This document shows, piece after piece, positions 22,701 through 28,560 of a stretch of DNA of 64,000 nucleotides (within the stretch, counting starts at the first letter, position 1; every line of letters begins with the position of its first letter). The notes below the pieces were generated by a model. It was given only the letters and a program-made list of their open reading frames with translations, made no database searches and was not told the origin of the DNA. The stretch is from a virus. The position numbers and the translations under genes were made by a program. The DNA lies in the IMG/VR virus record IMGVR_UViG_3300033463_000089, positions 10,707 through 74,706 of that record; one strand, written 5' to 3'.

Positions 22701-25700
22701 TATCTTCACCGTCTAAACCGTGAATAGTGTTCTCGTCGCTACGCCATACCTTATCAACAAACTCGTCGAAGCCCATGCCGGTGGTATCATCCTTACCTTT
22801 GAAAAGATGTGCAAAGGCGTGGCCCTCGCTACCTCTTCTTCCACCAAACTCGGTATTGATACCTAACGCAGTCTTGAAGCCTCTGATGACGCCTCCAGCT
22901 CCATTTGGCTTGTCTTCCCAACTGAATTGTCTGCCAGTTCCAATGTTCAATGCAACAAGTTCTGTGGCATCGCCAGGAACATCTATATCATCATTGAACG
23001 AAGGGCCGTACTTCTTCTTGTATCGTTCTACAAGCTGCTGCAGGCGTGACTTCAAAGAAGGCTTCTTTTCGGCCTCCGGCTGCTCACTTGCAACCTTTGG
23101 TTGCAAAGGTACAACATTTTGAGGTTCGTTGTTCTCTACAGGCGCAACATTTAAGTTAGTTTCAGGCTTGTTTGCTTTCTCTAACTCTTTCTTGGCAGAA
23201 GTCCAATAGTCCACCTTCTGCTGTGCCTCAGCTTTCTGTGCGTCTATATTGTCCTGCTCTTTGGCTCTCTTAATGGGGTCGCTGCTCTTCGGTGTCAGCT
23301 TCTCTGCGGCCTTAACATCTTTCTCTGAGGCCTTAATCTTAGCGTCGACGGCATCAATCACGCGCTTCTTGTCGCCGTGATTAATCTCGTCCAATGCGGA
23401 TAATGTATCTTCTACGGGTGCTTGCTCCCACTGGTACTGAGGGTCGCCCTCTTCGTTAAGAACGTCCGCACCTTGTTCGTCTTTCAAGGTGGGTATCTTG
23501 GAAATAGCAGTCTCTTGTTCTGGCACTACAGCACCTTCTTCTTGCCCTGGAGCCGGTTGCAAAACCTCATTTGTATTCTGTTCGCTTTCGCCCTGCTTTT
23601 CTTCTTCGGGGTTGACAAGGCCAGCTTCTACAGCTGTGTTGGAAGATTCCACCTGCAACTGCTCACGCACTCTGTTTGCGTACTCTTCTTTTGCCTCACG
23701 GCCTGCAATTGACATGGTGGCATCTGGCTTGGTAGGTAAAAATCGTCCATCCTTTGCTCTGAGGATAATCTGACCGCTTGACTTATCCGGGTCTACACTT
23801 ACTCCGTCTCGCGTACCTATATTACCATTCACAAGGATAAAGTTCTCTCCGTCTTTTGTAATGGTAATAATGTTTGCCTGGTCTGCTTCCTCGTCAATAG
23901 TTCCATGGAAAGACTTCTCGGTTACGTCTTGGGAAACCTGCTCGTCGATGTTCGCGCCGGTCTGTTCAATGTAACCGTCTTTCTTGGCTTTTGCATTAGC
24001 ATAGTCAGCCAGCTTTTCAAGGAAGTTGTCAACCTCCGGCCCGCTAAAGTTGTCGCGGATATACATATATATATCGTCCAGACGTGCGGATTCGCCAAGG
24101 GCTTCAAGTGCTTGTTGAATTTCCTCACTACGGGAGGCTGAGAGATAAGCATCGCGTGCGGCGTTATACTCTTGTGCCACCTGTGCAGCAGTCTCGGGAT
24201 TCATAACACCACTACCGCCTGCAAGTGTTTCTCCGTCAATTCTTGATTGCTCGGTGTGCTTTTCACCTACGGGATAGGCGGCATCGTGAAGACGCTTTGC
24301 AAGCTCATTCATAAGGTCTTGTTCATCGTCTACACGTTCAATGGGTTTCTTGTGCATGATGTCGAGAACTTCCTCTACCGTCATATTGCACTCGTTAGCA
24401 AACTCAGCCACTATCTCGTTACCCCAATTTGCTTTCTCTCTTGCTCGGTCAAGAACAATATCGTAGCTCTTACCACCCGGCTCTACGTCTTGCGGACGAA
24501 GGCCCGGATTTACCTGCAGAAGTTCTTGTGCCGACTGACGAATCATTTCTTCGGTCGGGTCTGATACCTTAATCTTACTCAGTACACCATAGTCAGAAAT
24601 CATATCATCGTTAGCGCGACGATCTTCAATCTGCTGGCGAATCTGCATGAGTTCGTTGACATCAGAATACTTGTGTACCTCTATCAATTCTCCCGTAGCA
24701 GAACGCTCGCTAATGGTCTTGTCTGTGCCGTTAATATTGATGTCCTTGGTACGAGGGCGGCTTGACTCACAGGCATTTTGCACCTGTGCAGACACCTTCA
24801 TGCGAGTAGTCCAAGGTATGTTTTGTCTATCAGACAGAATCTTGCCTACATTGTTAATATCCGATGCTATCTCTGCGAAATCCATACCGGCGAAAGCACG
24901 CTGTATAGATTCCCTATCCATATCATTGAGTTGTATAGGCGCGTTCTTCGACTGCTTAACGGAGAATATATCTTTCAGTTCGCGTCCTACGCCTTTAAGT
25001 CCGTGGCCGGACGAGAACTTAGAACCTATCTGCATATAGAAAGCGTCTGCTGCACTATCTACCCAATTAAAATTCTCTGGGTCAGATATATAGTCCAGGC
25101 CGGTGAAAATCTGGTTCTCCACCAAGAATGAACCACCATAGAAAGCCGCCTTTTTACCGATATTCTTCTGTCCTACCGTTCCTATCCTGCCTCCTAATTC
25201 ATGTGCAGCTACGCCAAATGCACCAGTGGCAAAACCGAACTTAGCACCTTCCCATGCTCCTTCAAGTGCAGCGTGACCGATTGACGAAAGTGTGCCATCG
25301 CCCGTTGACATTTCCTGCAAGGCACTTGAACCTCCCATGAATGTTGACATTGAGCCAGCACCTCTTAACATGGCATTGGTATAGATACCACCATATTTAA
25401 CTACCTTGCTAACGTTTGCGGCAAGGAACGGGCTTCCCGTTGCAACTATATGGCCAAGTTCCTTCTGTCCCAAACTTGCTATGGCGGAACCTATGGCTTT
25501 AGTACCAAACTCGCCTACCGTGCCGGTTACCATAAGAACAGGTGCATCTGGTGCGAACATAGCAACACTACCAGCCATTCTTGCACCAATACCGGCGTTA
25601 TAATGCTTTCCTTTTCCTTCTTCCGTCTTAAATAGTTCCTCATTGCGCATCCTGCGCTCCATCTTTGACATGGTAGACATTCCTGCAAGTGTTCCTATTA

Positions 25701-26853
25701 CGGAGTTGCTCATCTTGCGAGTAAGGTAGTCTGCCACGTCCTTGACAGAATACTTCTCTTCCATGTGCTTCTGGAATCCCTGCGCAATACCTTCGCTTAC
25801 CTGCGGTATAAACTCCTGCCATACGAAGTCTTCTACAGGCATACCAAGACGTGCGGCACTTGCTTCTATCAAGTCTCTGTTTTGTTCTACAAGTCCGTTG
25901 GCAAAGTCCGTTGCCTCGCCAGTGCTATTGCCGAAGAAATCGGGTCTTGAATCAAGCTTTGCACCATAACGCTTGTTTAGTGCATCCAAAAGGCTTTCTG
26001 GGCTTGTGATACTAGAAGTCTTCGCCAATTCCGGCGACATAACATTAGTGTCGAGGTTCTTTCCTTCAAGGCCCTTTTTCAATATGTCACGACCTTGCTT
26101 TTCAAGTTCATCTTGAAGTCCAAGGATTGCACCATTTACTGCAGGGTTGATGGCCTGTTTCTGCAACTGCTTGCGGATAACCTCTCTTTCTTGTTGCTGA
26201 TACTGCGCCACACGCTGCTCGTCAGTGGTCTGCCCCATCAGCATTTGCCCGCTTTCGTCTCTTACGGCGGTAGGTGCTGTCACGGGTGTATTGACGATGT
26301 TTGCAAGCGGTTTTCCTGTAGCTTCGTAGTACTCGCGCTCTTGCTGCATACGCTGAACGGCAGTATCAAGACCGCTTTCCTTGGCGGCTTTCTTGTCGCC
26401 CTTGATGGCCTTATCTAACTGCTGAACGGTGTTTTTCTTTTGCTCAACGGCTTTACCTGTCTGCGGGTTAATGGGCTGGCCTTTTGCAGTACCCCACGAC
26501 GAAGCACCTTTGCCCATAGCCATTTGGTTGGCCTGCTGCAAATCCAACTCACCGAAACCTTCCGGAATTGGCGAAGGCTTCTGTTGGGTAGCTTGTGGTT
26601 TCTGCTGAGGCTTCGCCGGTTGCTGTGGTTTGGTTGCGAAATCGGTGCTTATGCTACCGAAGAAATCGTCCTCGGAGCCTATCTCATTCTCGTCAAAGAT
26701 ACCGCTTTTGATTAGATTTTGATGGAATTGTCTTGATGATTTCTCATCTTTAATGGCATTCTTAAAGTCGTTAAGACTGCCGATCTGACTTTCATCAACC
26801 TTTCCAGAACCAATAAGGTTGCGATACAACTGCTCTCTCTTATCTTGTGCCAT
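10792..26853 (-). CDS. Giant polyvalent virion protein (5,353 aa): Gly-rich hydrophobic N-region, SF2/SNF2-like helicase, N6-adenine DNA methyltransferase, protein-kinase-like domain, HExxGH module, long unassigned C-terminus
   Basis: Uninterrupted 16,062-nt ORF. Walker A GTGTGKT (20104-20124), DESH (19828-19839), QIEGRIYRIGQ (about 18514-18546), LEPSAGHG (about 18094-18120), NPPY (17920-17931), GGESRVY...DTHHGN...VIDA (14947-15352), HETIGH (14575-14592). Confidence 0.9.
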   Translation of the reverse strand: MAQDKREQLYRNLIGSGKVDESQIGSLNDFKNAIKDEKSSRQFHQNLIKSGIFDENEIGSEDDFFGSISTDFATKPQQPAKPQQKPQATQQKPSPIPEGFGELDLQQANQMAMGKGASSWGTAKGQPINPQTGKAVEQKKNTVQQLDKAIKGDKKAAKESGLDTAVQRMQQEREYYEATGKPLANIVNTPVTAPTAVRDESGQMLMGQTTDEQRVAQYQQQEREVIRKQLQKQAINPAVNGAILGLQDELEKQGRDILKKGLEGKNLDTNVMSPELAKTSSITSPESLLDALNKRYGAKLDSRPDFFGNSTGEATDFANGLVEQNRDLIEASAARLGMPVEDFVWQEFIPQVSEGIAQGFQKHMEEKYSVKDVADYLTRKMSNSVIGTLAGMSTMSKMERRMRNEELFKTEEGKGKHYNAGIGARMAGSVAMFAPDAPVLMVTGTVGEFGTKAIGSAIASLGQKELGHIVATGSPFLAANVSKVVKYGGIYTNAMLRGAGSMSTFMGGSSALQEMSTGDGTLSSIGHAALEGAWEGAKFGFATGAFGVAAHELGGRIGTVGQKNIGKKAAFYGGSFLVENQIFTGLDYISDPENFNWVDSAADAFYMQIGSKFSSGHGLKGVGRELKDIFSVKQSKNAPIQLNDMDRESIQRAFAGMDFAEIASDINNVGKILSDRQNIPWTTRMKVSAQVQNACESSRPRTKDININGTDKTISERSATGELIEVHKYSDVNELMQIRQQIEDRRANDDMISDYGVLSKIKVSDPTEEMIRQSAQELLQVNPGLRPQDVEPGGKSYDIVLDRAREKANWGNEIVAEFANECNMTVEEVLDIMHKKPIERVDDEQDLMNELAKRLHDAAYPVGEKHTEQSRIDGETLAGGSGVMNPETAAQVAQEYNAARDAYLSASRSEEIQQALEALGESARLDDIYMYIRDNFSGPEVDNFLEKLADYANAKAKKDGYIEQTGANIDEQVSQDVTEKSFHGTIDEEADQANIITITKDGENFILVNGNIGTRDGVSVDPDKSSGQIILRAKDGRFLPTKPDATMSIAGREAKEEYANRVREQLQVESSNTAVEAGLVNPEEEKQGESEQNTNEVLQPAPGQEEGAVVPEQETAISKIPTLKDEQGADVLNEEGDPQYQWEQAPVEDTLSALDEINHGDKKRVIDAVDAKIKASEKDVKAAEKLTPKSSDPIKRAKEQDNIDAQKAEAQQKVDYWTSAKKELEKANKPETNLNVAPVENNEPQNVVPLQPKVASEQPEAEKKPSLKSRLQQLVERYKKKYGPSFNDDIDVPGDATELVALNIGTGRQFSWEDKPNGAGGVIRGFKTALGINTEFGGRRGSEGHAFAHLFKGKDDTTGMGFDEFVDKVWRSDENTIHGLDGEDRKRFDERQIGDAIIDLFLSAESGKDITEYVLRNRVEKAQKAWEAEQARLKEEAERNERIELSAEEVAKIEEEMPFAQSTDEDIPDAPITKLLKEAEALMKEEGTPEIKIVDTDRVSADTWRELAEKANDGAFIGEEEIEAVKRYALEEGVFFDEETGKITVYSGDLTPEELRKRVQTIKDYINDRSNGERRDEAQDMEHARVPADGEGKEPGQESAERGNDGQGEGRAESSRESESSERDEYLKPRNEKEEKIVSDVEAKLAEEVKAAEEEVRQAKSALAKAQNKESERATDMFANDKAFESEDQIFSSEEMGLDTSAEGVEKRTKAERDAVADAEQRLERLKSQEEHDSRVRGALDNERKQTSFDTGEEKPNIFSVKENKNGSITITDENVIQDGKVTSDDYTDLYNEFKKMGGEWESGKGWTIPKENAEAAREAMKKFSEKAEVDPMKKIDETATEFRKEQDEAIGVTHNETPQQMADKEQADAFADTPLTIDEIDGSSVSDVQKTLAKAYLNGNQGVLQKAAYLNTYNDVRTTRERIEGNGQLPERGTQLDSGEDSAGRRPGRAGGPDSSVVETEGAGIGERQEQPTQQRVENSEGRLPGISGEGGDSGVSESSSELAGLSSGGVLAGGGVRPGVEGNQLGKSRGSGRSDGNTQKLAAGSDAAIAASKQRLAELRERFKKAGRNGESTISLVGMNNEQIGILMDITTESANLGYQYLVKGIREFDGWRKQMLEDFHDWLQEDMKWSDAEIDEYLNEVWNCEYNIDGVTRTIREWASFIGEEKLREVVREDLGTKFEKQKAAESIEVKTGDVDNIRETLPYLLPEQHEDVLRSETQFFDETHQDREHGNGKGYMFTNGTGTGKTYTGLGIAKRFVKQGKGRVLILTPSQEKVSDWKKDGLNLGLNIEDLDTAAKAAGTSATKAKGKGVVVTTYANARQNLALLEDCFDLVIYDESHKITEGKEAAEGEMFKFHQMLTNKDVEKSIDRQTYYLPLWVEQRNLRKEFEENAAKIEELDDKDYLSKEDEALKDRLNKRQLEVQQRLAEIPAEQQPIRESKRAQAEIDSKVTKTVFLSATPFNTRENLKYAEGYIFSYPEEDKETIGTYNHRSPEEAFLEQTFPGGYRWRYGRLESHISNQEALGRQEIDFSDYLQNNLQTMSGRMIDSEWDYSRDFPVLTLDHAGRFNQAMSEVYRNKKYQPLAETFRKAFDYNYSTALFEAMKTSLVIDRIKEHLKRGQKVVVFHRRRTSGDLEPPFERALTMARIEAEAMQDQHKKSELLSAIHAFETDFKDMLQWEQTLDYTLPRDQIAKVFGEKNIGFFSGAENKKTKHTSVEDFMKDNGGKDIIVIQEASGKEGISLHDQTGEHQRVEINLALPQSPIAFIQIEGRIYRIGQKSNAVFEYPLLGLDLETSLFAQKFNSALGTTENLALGSKARNLRQSIANAVLENSGEIDYERQGFGGKDMDGQVASRGVKDGFDVAISDYYGNQKMKRGRDNREGVDYFPTPEPIGWKMVEWAQLLDEESVLEPSAGHGAIARYVPETNPLTAVEPSAALFSRLQMRAGGPGRKFEEKTFEDYPLQNKHDAILMNPPYGVGGKTAMEHVGKAFKHLNEGGRLIAIIPDGPATEKRVDAWLASTGYDGVNGSAVVIGEVKLPDVAFGRAGTSVRTRILVIDKVSREEMRRKAPQKVTFDISNAKTVEDMFEQLRTVRMPERTIDQVAINTKKALKTKKALESNPFTSDFNIYGDLLVVRSRSRYDVAEIRLDLNNPSMQSALIWYKNLKQTMENPEELEYGKYNNKTYGRGKDKIPAIDAIKDYCQQAIKTLENVMGVTADQMDRMVRERDEETRRRIQEREAETERIRQEKRERINTIAETAVRENPNNSSLTEDGIRMNIVAAHSNDFRLSERSKNILRNAGIDWQTGEKLDLNEPVNARTSTVVEQIRDIAQRGAQPKSDYQYKLDKNTRTGDDMHLVSYNGARLSDNDYRAVERRAKAYDGYYNRFKKAFHFKTEEDARKFADSLNGTTQEPGTTTRFRLREKEEPKKTQKVYKLMRLGEDGKLYPLFIDSANPTELGKWYDADSPDMSILKKMPEGTFIVDYANGTYKTLEEYAKEKGVKVGKNPSVDMINEAAANGQRFVRISATERGQRRYEGENRKYMNIGINGSGQVGEFAMRPGWHAGSLPSMRQIGKGRDRNLRDDKFVWVEGEVPADKNYQNEANMNPDKDIPTHIPEDGFYMKATNANKEASQADRIGWYVAGAFKANRIMSDREARKVIDDWNEEHPDQKVEYDFDRESGKEFNAETMQLEDKPTTRFRKREKTEQKLNNERKDEKSEDLFLSLPQKEGEQYNETVNELASRVVSGRARLGREDTESGRTGLTAAHIGAEIISADKGGVPAAASIRAEHDADKPVRAQIEKSVEDWAKASGYWKEEDEFAKSSYDGKMLTKGGESRVYLSPDGKTITKFNDPYQRNDGGLLKALRNIEVFNKLFPESAYKVVGFSRDKEGRFNVVVEQPFIQGKQYSMEEYFQNGIDKKVEQYFEERGMSDIYGDGLEFGNEKYYVKDTHHGNIVEQKDGSVVVIDANAKYNEQYKGDVYGKDGFMLEDVEETETRMRSRGSENTIDADFRRKEEAGRKLAKKLNVDFEAITSPDQIKNKDVKDAIAAGKEVPGWVEIGEDGKKKIYLYLPHVKDTYDAEKTIAHETIGHYGFRELLGEKAYKSYMRSLLFDLKNEELSKYMEENLAKNGFDTYRTIDEFLADAAEKGYGDLSMWQKVKNVMTDALRSVGFTMSPSISDVKYMVWLSKHNLEKGNVMNQIEREALLYKLGQEKYEAKVKNGEFAYDSEGAADNTESYVPYFPGSGKTLFRHTPSVKNQRRNYERSLKRIGYVWKEAHIDAMQSAIELMRSISGVKKIEDIPSAENFVLLENQMSSKEEQLDFLFNRDYMEPLDKAVAAILPDMGKGVDEQLKNLQLYMIKKHGLERNRVLFVRDSLRDIRNTDKTKADQLEQDYLVTMNDLRDELRRGDIDLREYFEEVDNWIKHNLPEYKVGDKDYSGLTDLYGVWDQTVDSDAIDEVMSIESMLGDARVKNLWDKTKAVSQFGLDTEYEGGIDSKEKHDKVSQMFEWYVPLRGYNEKTAEEVYDYLEEHGSDRKWAGPVLMNAKGRESLADIDVFAALGAMSSNAINRALRNQMKQAFARFVRNHYNEVEADNRLVTELSYLWAEKQYNPAGNEIWVEKFPDIPEGAKADDIAQIIEQYNQDMKTKQAAGDAKRVRQNSNIPFRPADREHKAQHIVDVWINGEKHSFIINGSPRAAQAINGQLKAERRGNFAYMSSIKNVIAKLATSYNPDFIISNAERDAIFSASAIGIKESSKYFAQWVVNYFGRGFGRVAAGVPLMKTNLFNRYKKGELNMSNPTDRYFSEFMKNGGETGWVESKNIDKWKKLVKENVNTIRNRVTKEDWQSLKSGKLTASDVGRKLVRGGKDIFDLLPHAIEVMNERAENMARFATYMTSRQMGRSITRSVSDAKEVSVNFNRKGAGYKTRDVNKDGSVLQRMNALVAARTAQYGQDYIMFYNAGVQGLNNAAKLFRDHTIKASTVFTGFALGAFIMSWINQGLIDSEDEDKRGGIKNPYAELPEYIRRNNLCLYIGKGQFLYCALPIELRAMYGIGDMAAGYTEYPDLKSEKPVWKDVTTQLTQILPIDFMGEHPGNPLVNFTPSAARPILEIGFNENYYGRPIEKENYGNDSKPRHTRAYRSVNKAYMSLAKKWNAATNDYSEEKLKKLGVDEEMISEADYNQKGLDGWLTDPSIAQHIVESYFAGLGKTAGNLAHVYRMIKEDNSTLRDVVSSDKTPILRKFHYSPTEQNKQARTRNKWYYYKDQLQDFKTQMNSLKEFGAKDPIAKMKEISIADSIKATKMEIMSDSLKAYNKQKKICDDPKKTESQKEAAQMRMDQIMENTVRGLDKIQ

Positions 26854-26866
26854 AGCTTTCTGTTAT

Positions 26867-27865
26867 TTATTTCTTGGGAAGAAGTGAACCGCCTTGTTTG
26901 TTTCCACTTGGAAGGAGGCTTTTCTTTGGTGTTGTGGTCTTTGTTTTGCTACTGCTTTGAGTACCCGTAGAACCTCTCCTACTCTTTTGAGAAGTCCATG
27001 TGACAGTTCCATCCGGATTCTCTTTCTTTGTCCTTGTTTCAGTAACGTCATAATCGGAAAGACCACCCCTTCGGCCGCCACCACCACCGCTTCTACCGCC
27101 TCCTGTGCGGTTGTTGCGTGCGATAACACTCTCTTCTTTCTGCGGCAAATACTTGTTGACAATCTCTTTTCGCTCGTTCTCAGTAATCTGCCCCTTTGCT
27201 TTCAATTCGTTCAAATAGGTCAGTACGTTCTGTGTCTGGATACGTGCCTCATTGAGATTTGCCCTTGCGTCTGATTCGTTCTTCTTCAATTCATAATCAC
27301 GTGCATCCTTCGCCTGGTTGTATCTGAACTGCTGCTCCCACTTCTCCATCGCGGCGTCCTGCTGTGCTTTCTGCTGCTGGTAGTTGTAGTAAATCTGATT
27401 CGCCCTGTCTCTGAGTGCCTTGCCTTGCTGATAGCGGGCATACTCTTCATTGACGGGGTTATTGAACTGCTGGGCCGGTGCGCCCTTGGTCGTGTTGTAG
27501 ATATTACCGATATGTCTGAGCGCGTCGCCAATAGCCAAGATACGCTGATTCATCACACTGGCCTTCCTCAGTTTCTCTTCATCTTCTGGAGAGGTATAGA
27601 GGGAGTTAAGGTAGTCCAATGCACCCTGCGGATTGTTCGAGCCGCCCGTGTATTGCTTCGGTTGAGAAGAAACCGCAGGGGTTTTCACTACGGGTGTAGG
27701 CTGAATAGGCTGTGATACTGCGCCCGTCTCAGAGTTGGCAGCTTGCTTACCTGCTGCAAACTGCTCAGGCGTCTCACCCTGCACTTGGCCGGGTGTGTTC
27801 TGCTGAACGGTGTCTGCATTGGGGTAATACTTCTGCTTCTGTTGAGCAAATAAATTATATTCCAT
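26867..27865 (-). CDS. Gln/Asn-rich coiled-coil protein with Gly/Arg tract (unknown function)
   Basis: 332 aa. Contains GGGRSGGGGGRRGG and a basic C-terminus. Its stop is 13 nt before the giant ORF start, so the two are probably co-transcribed. Confidence 0.6.
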   Translation of the reverse strand: MEYNLFAQQKQKYYPNADTVQQNTPGQVQGETPEQFAAGKQAANSETGAVSQPIQPTPVVKTPAVSSQPKQYTGGSNNPQGALDYLNSLYTSPEDEEKLRKASVMNQRILAIGDALRHIGNIYNTTKGAPAQQFNNPVNEEYARYQQGKALRDRANQIYYNYQQQKAQQDAAMEKWEQQFRYNQAKDARDYELKKNESDARANLNEARIQTQNVLTYLNELKAKGQITENERKEIVNKYLPQKEESVIARNNRTGGGRSGGGGGRRGGLSDYDVTETRTKKENPDGTVTWTSQKSRRGSTGTQSSSKTKTTTPKKSLLPSGNKQGGSLLPKK

Positions 27866-27960
27866 AAAAATAACGTTATTTCTTCGGGCAAATATAGCGC
27901 ATACGCGCGTACCTTCTTCCTCGTCTCGGATTGTGCATTTGTTATATTTTATTAATTGTA

Positions 27961-27984
27961 TTTGCTATCTTTTGCTATCTTTTG
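27961..27984. repeat. Tandem 10-bp repeat TTTGCTATCT x2 (+TTTG) in a divergent intergenic region
   Basis: Read directly. It resembles the conserved promoter box core CTATCTTTG with one extra T. Confidence 0.6.
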
Positions 27985-28026
27985 TCGCCGAATTGTGCTT
28001 TATTTGCATTTTTCAGACGAAATTCC

Positions 28027-28034
28027 TATATTTG
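28027..28034 (+). promoter_or_regulatory. TAnnTTTG promoter box (TATATTTG) 8 nt upstream of ATG 28042
   Basis: The spacing implies a leaderless or near-leaderless mRNA for the 28042 gene. Confidence 0.4.
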
Positions 28035-28041
28035 CAGCATT

Positions 28042-28560
28042 ATGAAGCAAGATTATAGTCTATCAAAACAGATGCAGGACGACCTCATCAAAGCCTATAA
28101 CGAGGTCGCAAAGCATTGCTGGTATCAGAAGGATGCCTACAGGAGAACGGTCGAGCACCCGGCTCCGAGGTATTATGTGTCGCCGCATCATGCAGCAGAA
28201 ATCCTCTCTCCCATGCTACGGGGTGATTTCAGTCGTGTGGACAAGATGCACCCGAACAAACGGAGATTGTACTATTCTCTCTACAAAGAGGTGGCTAAGA
28301 TGTCAGAAGAGAGGGAGTTCGTAGGCAAGTCGCTTACTTACGTCGCTCAGTTCGCCGTCTTACGCCCTGCCCCCGAGTTCTTTTTATCAGTCAGTCAGTT
28401 CCAGGACATGAGGCTATGGATAAAGAGGGGACTGATACGCGACGATGGCAGTTACACTCCCCTCCCTCATCTTGTTCGCTCACATGAGAGGCTGACGAAG
28501 AAACGCGCGAGGGCGAAAGCCAGAAGAGAAGCGTTGGAGAAAAAGGACTTAGAAGCTTGA
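28042..28560 (+). CDS. Hypothetical protein (172 aa)
   Basis: Start set at ATG 28042, because the longer ORF-track start at 27931 runs through the promoter box and a hydrophobic junk-like leader. Basic C-terminus. The 3' end overlaps the TerL 3' end by 12 nt (convergent). Confidence 0.5.
   Translation: MKQDYSLSKQMQDDLIKAYNEVAKHCWYQKDAYRRTVEHPAPRYYVSPHHAAEILSPMLRGDFSRVDKMHPNKRRLYYSLYKEVAKMSEEREFVGKSLTYVAQFAVLRPAPEFFLSVSQFQDMRLWIKRGLIRDDGSYTPLPHLVRSHERLTKKRARAKARREALEKKDLEA

Noticed and set aside
10723-26715. Dozens of + strand ORFs (for example 12748-13488, 14575-15216, 17107-17790, 17869-18432, 18598-19059) and short - strand out-of-frame ORFs inside the giant gene
   Set aside because: They are shadow ORFs antisense to, or out of frame with, a 16-kb ORF that has clear enzyme motifs. 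Many start at non-ATG codons and are Leu/Ser/Cys/Phe/Arg-rich.
27931-28041. N-terminal extension of the 28042 gene (ORF-track start 27931)
   Set aside because: The extension is hydrophobic junk-like sequence. It runs through the tandem TTTGCTATCT repeats and the TATATTTG promoter box.
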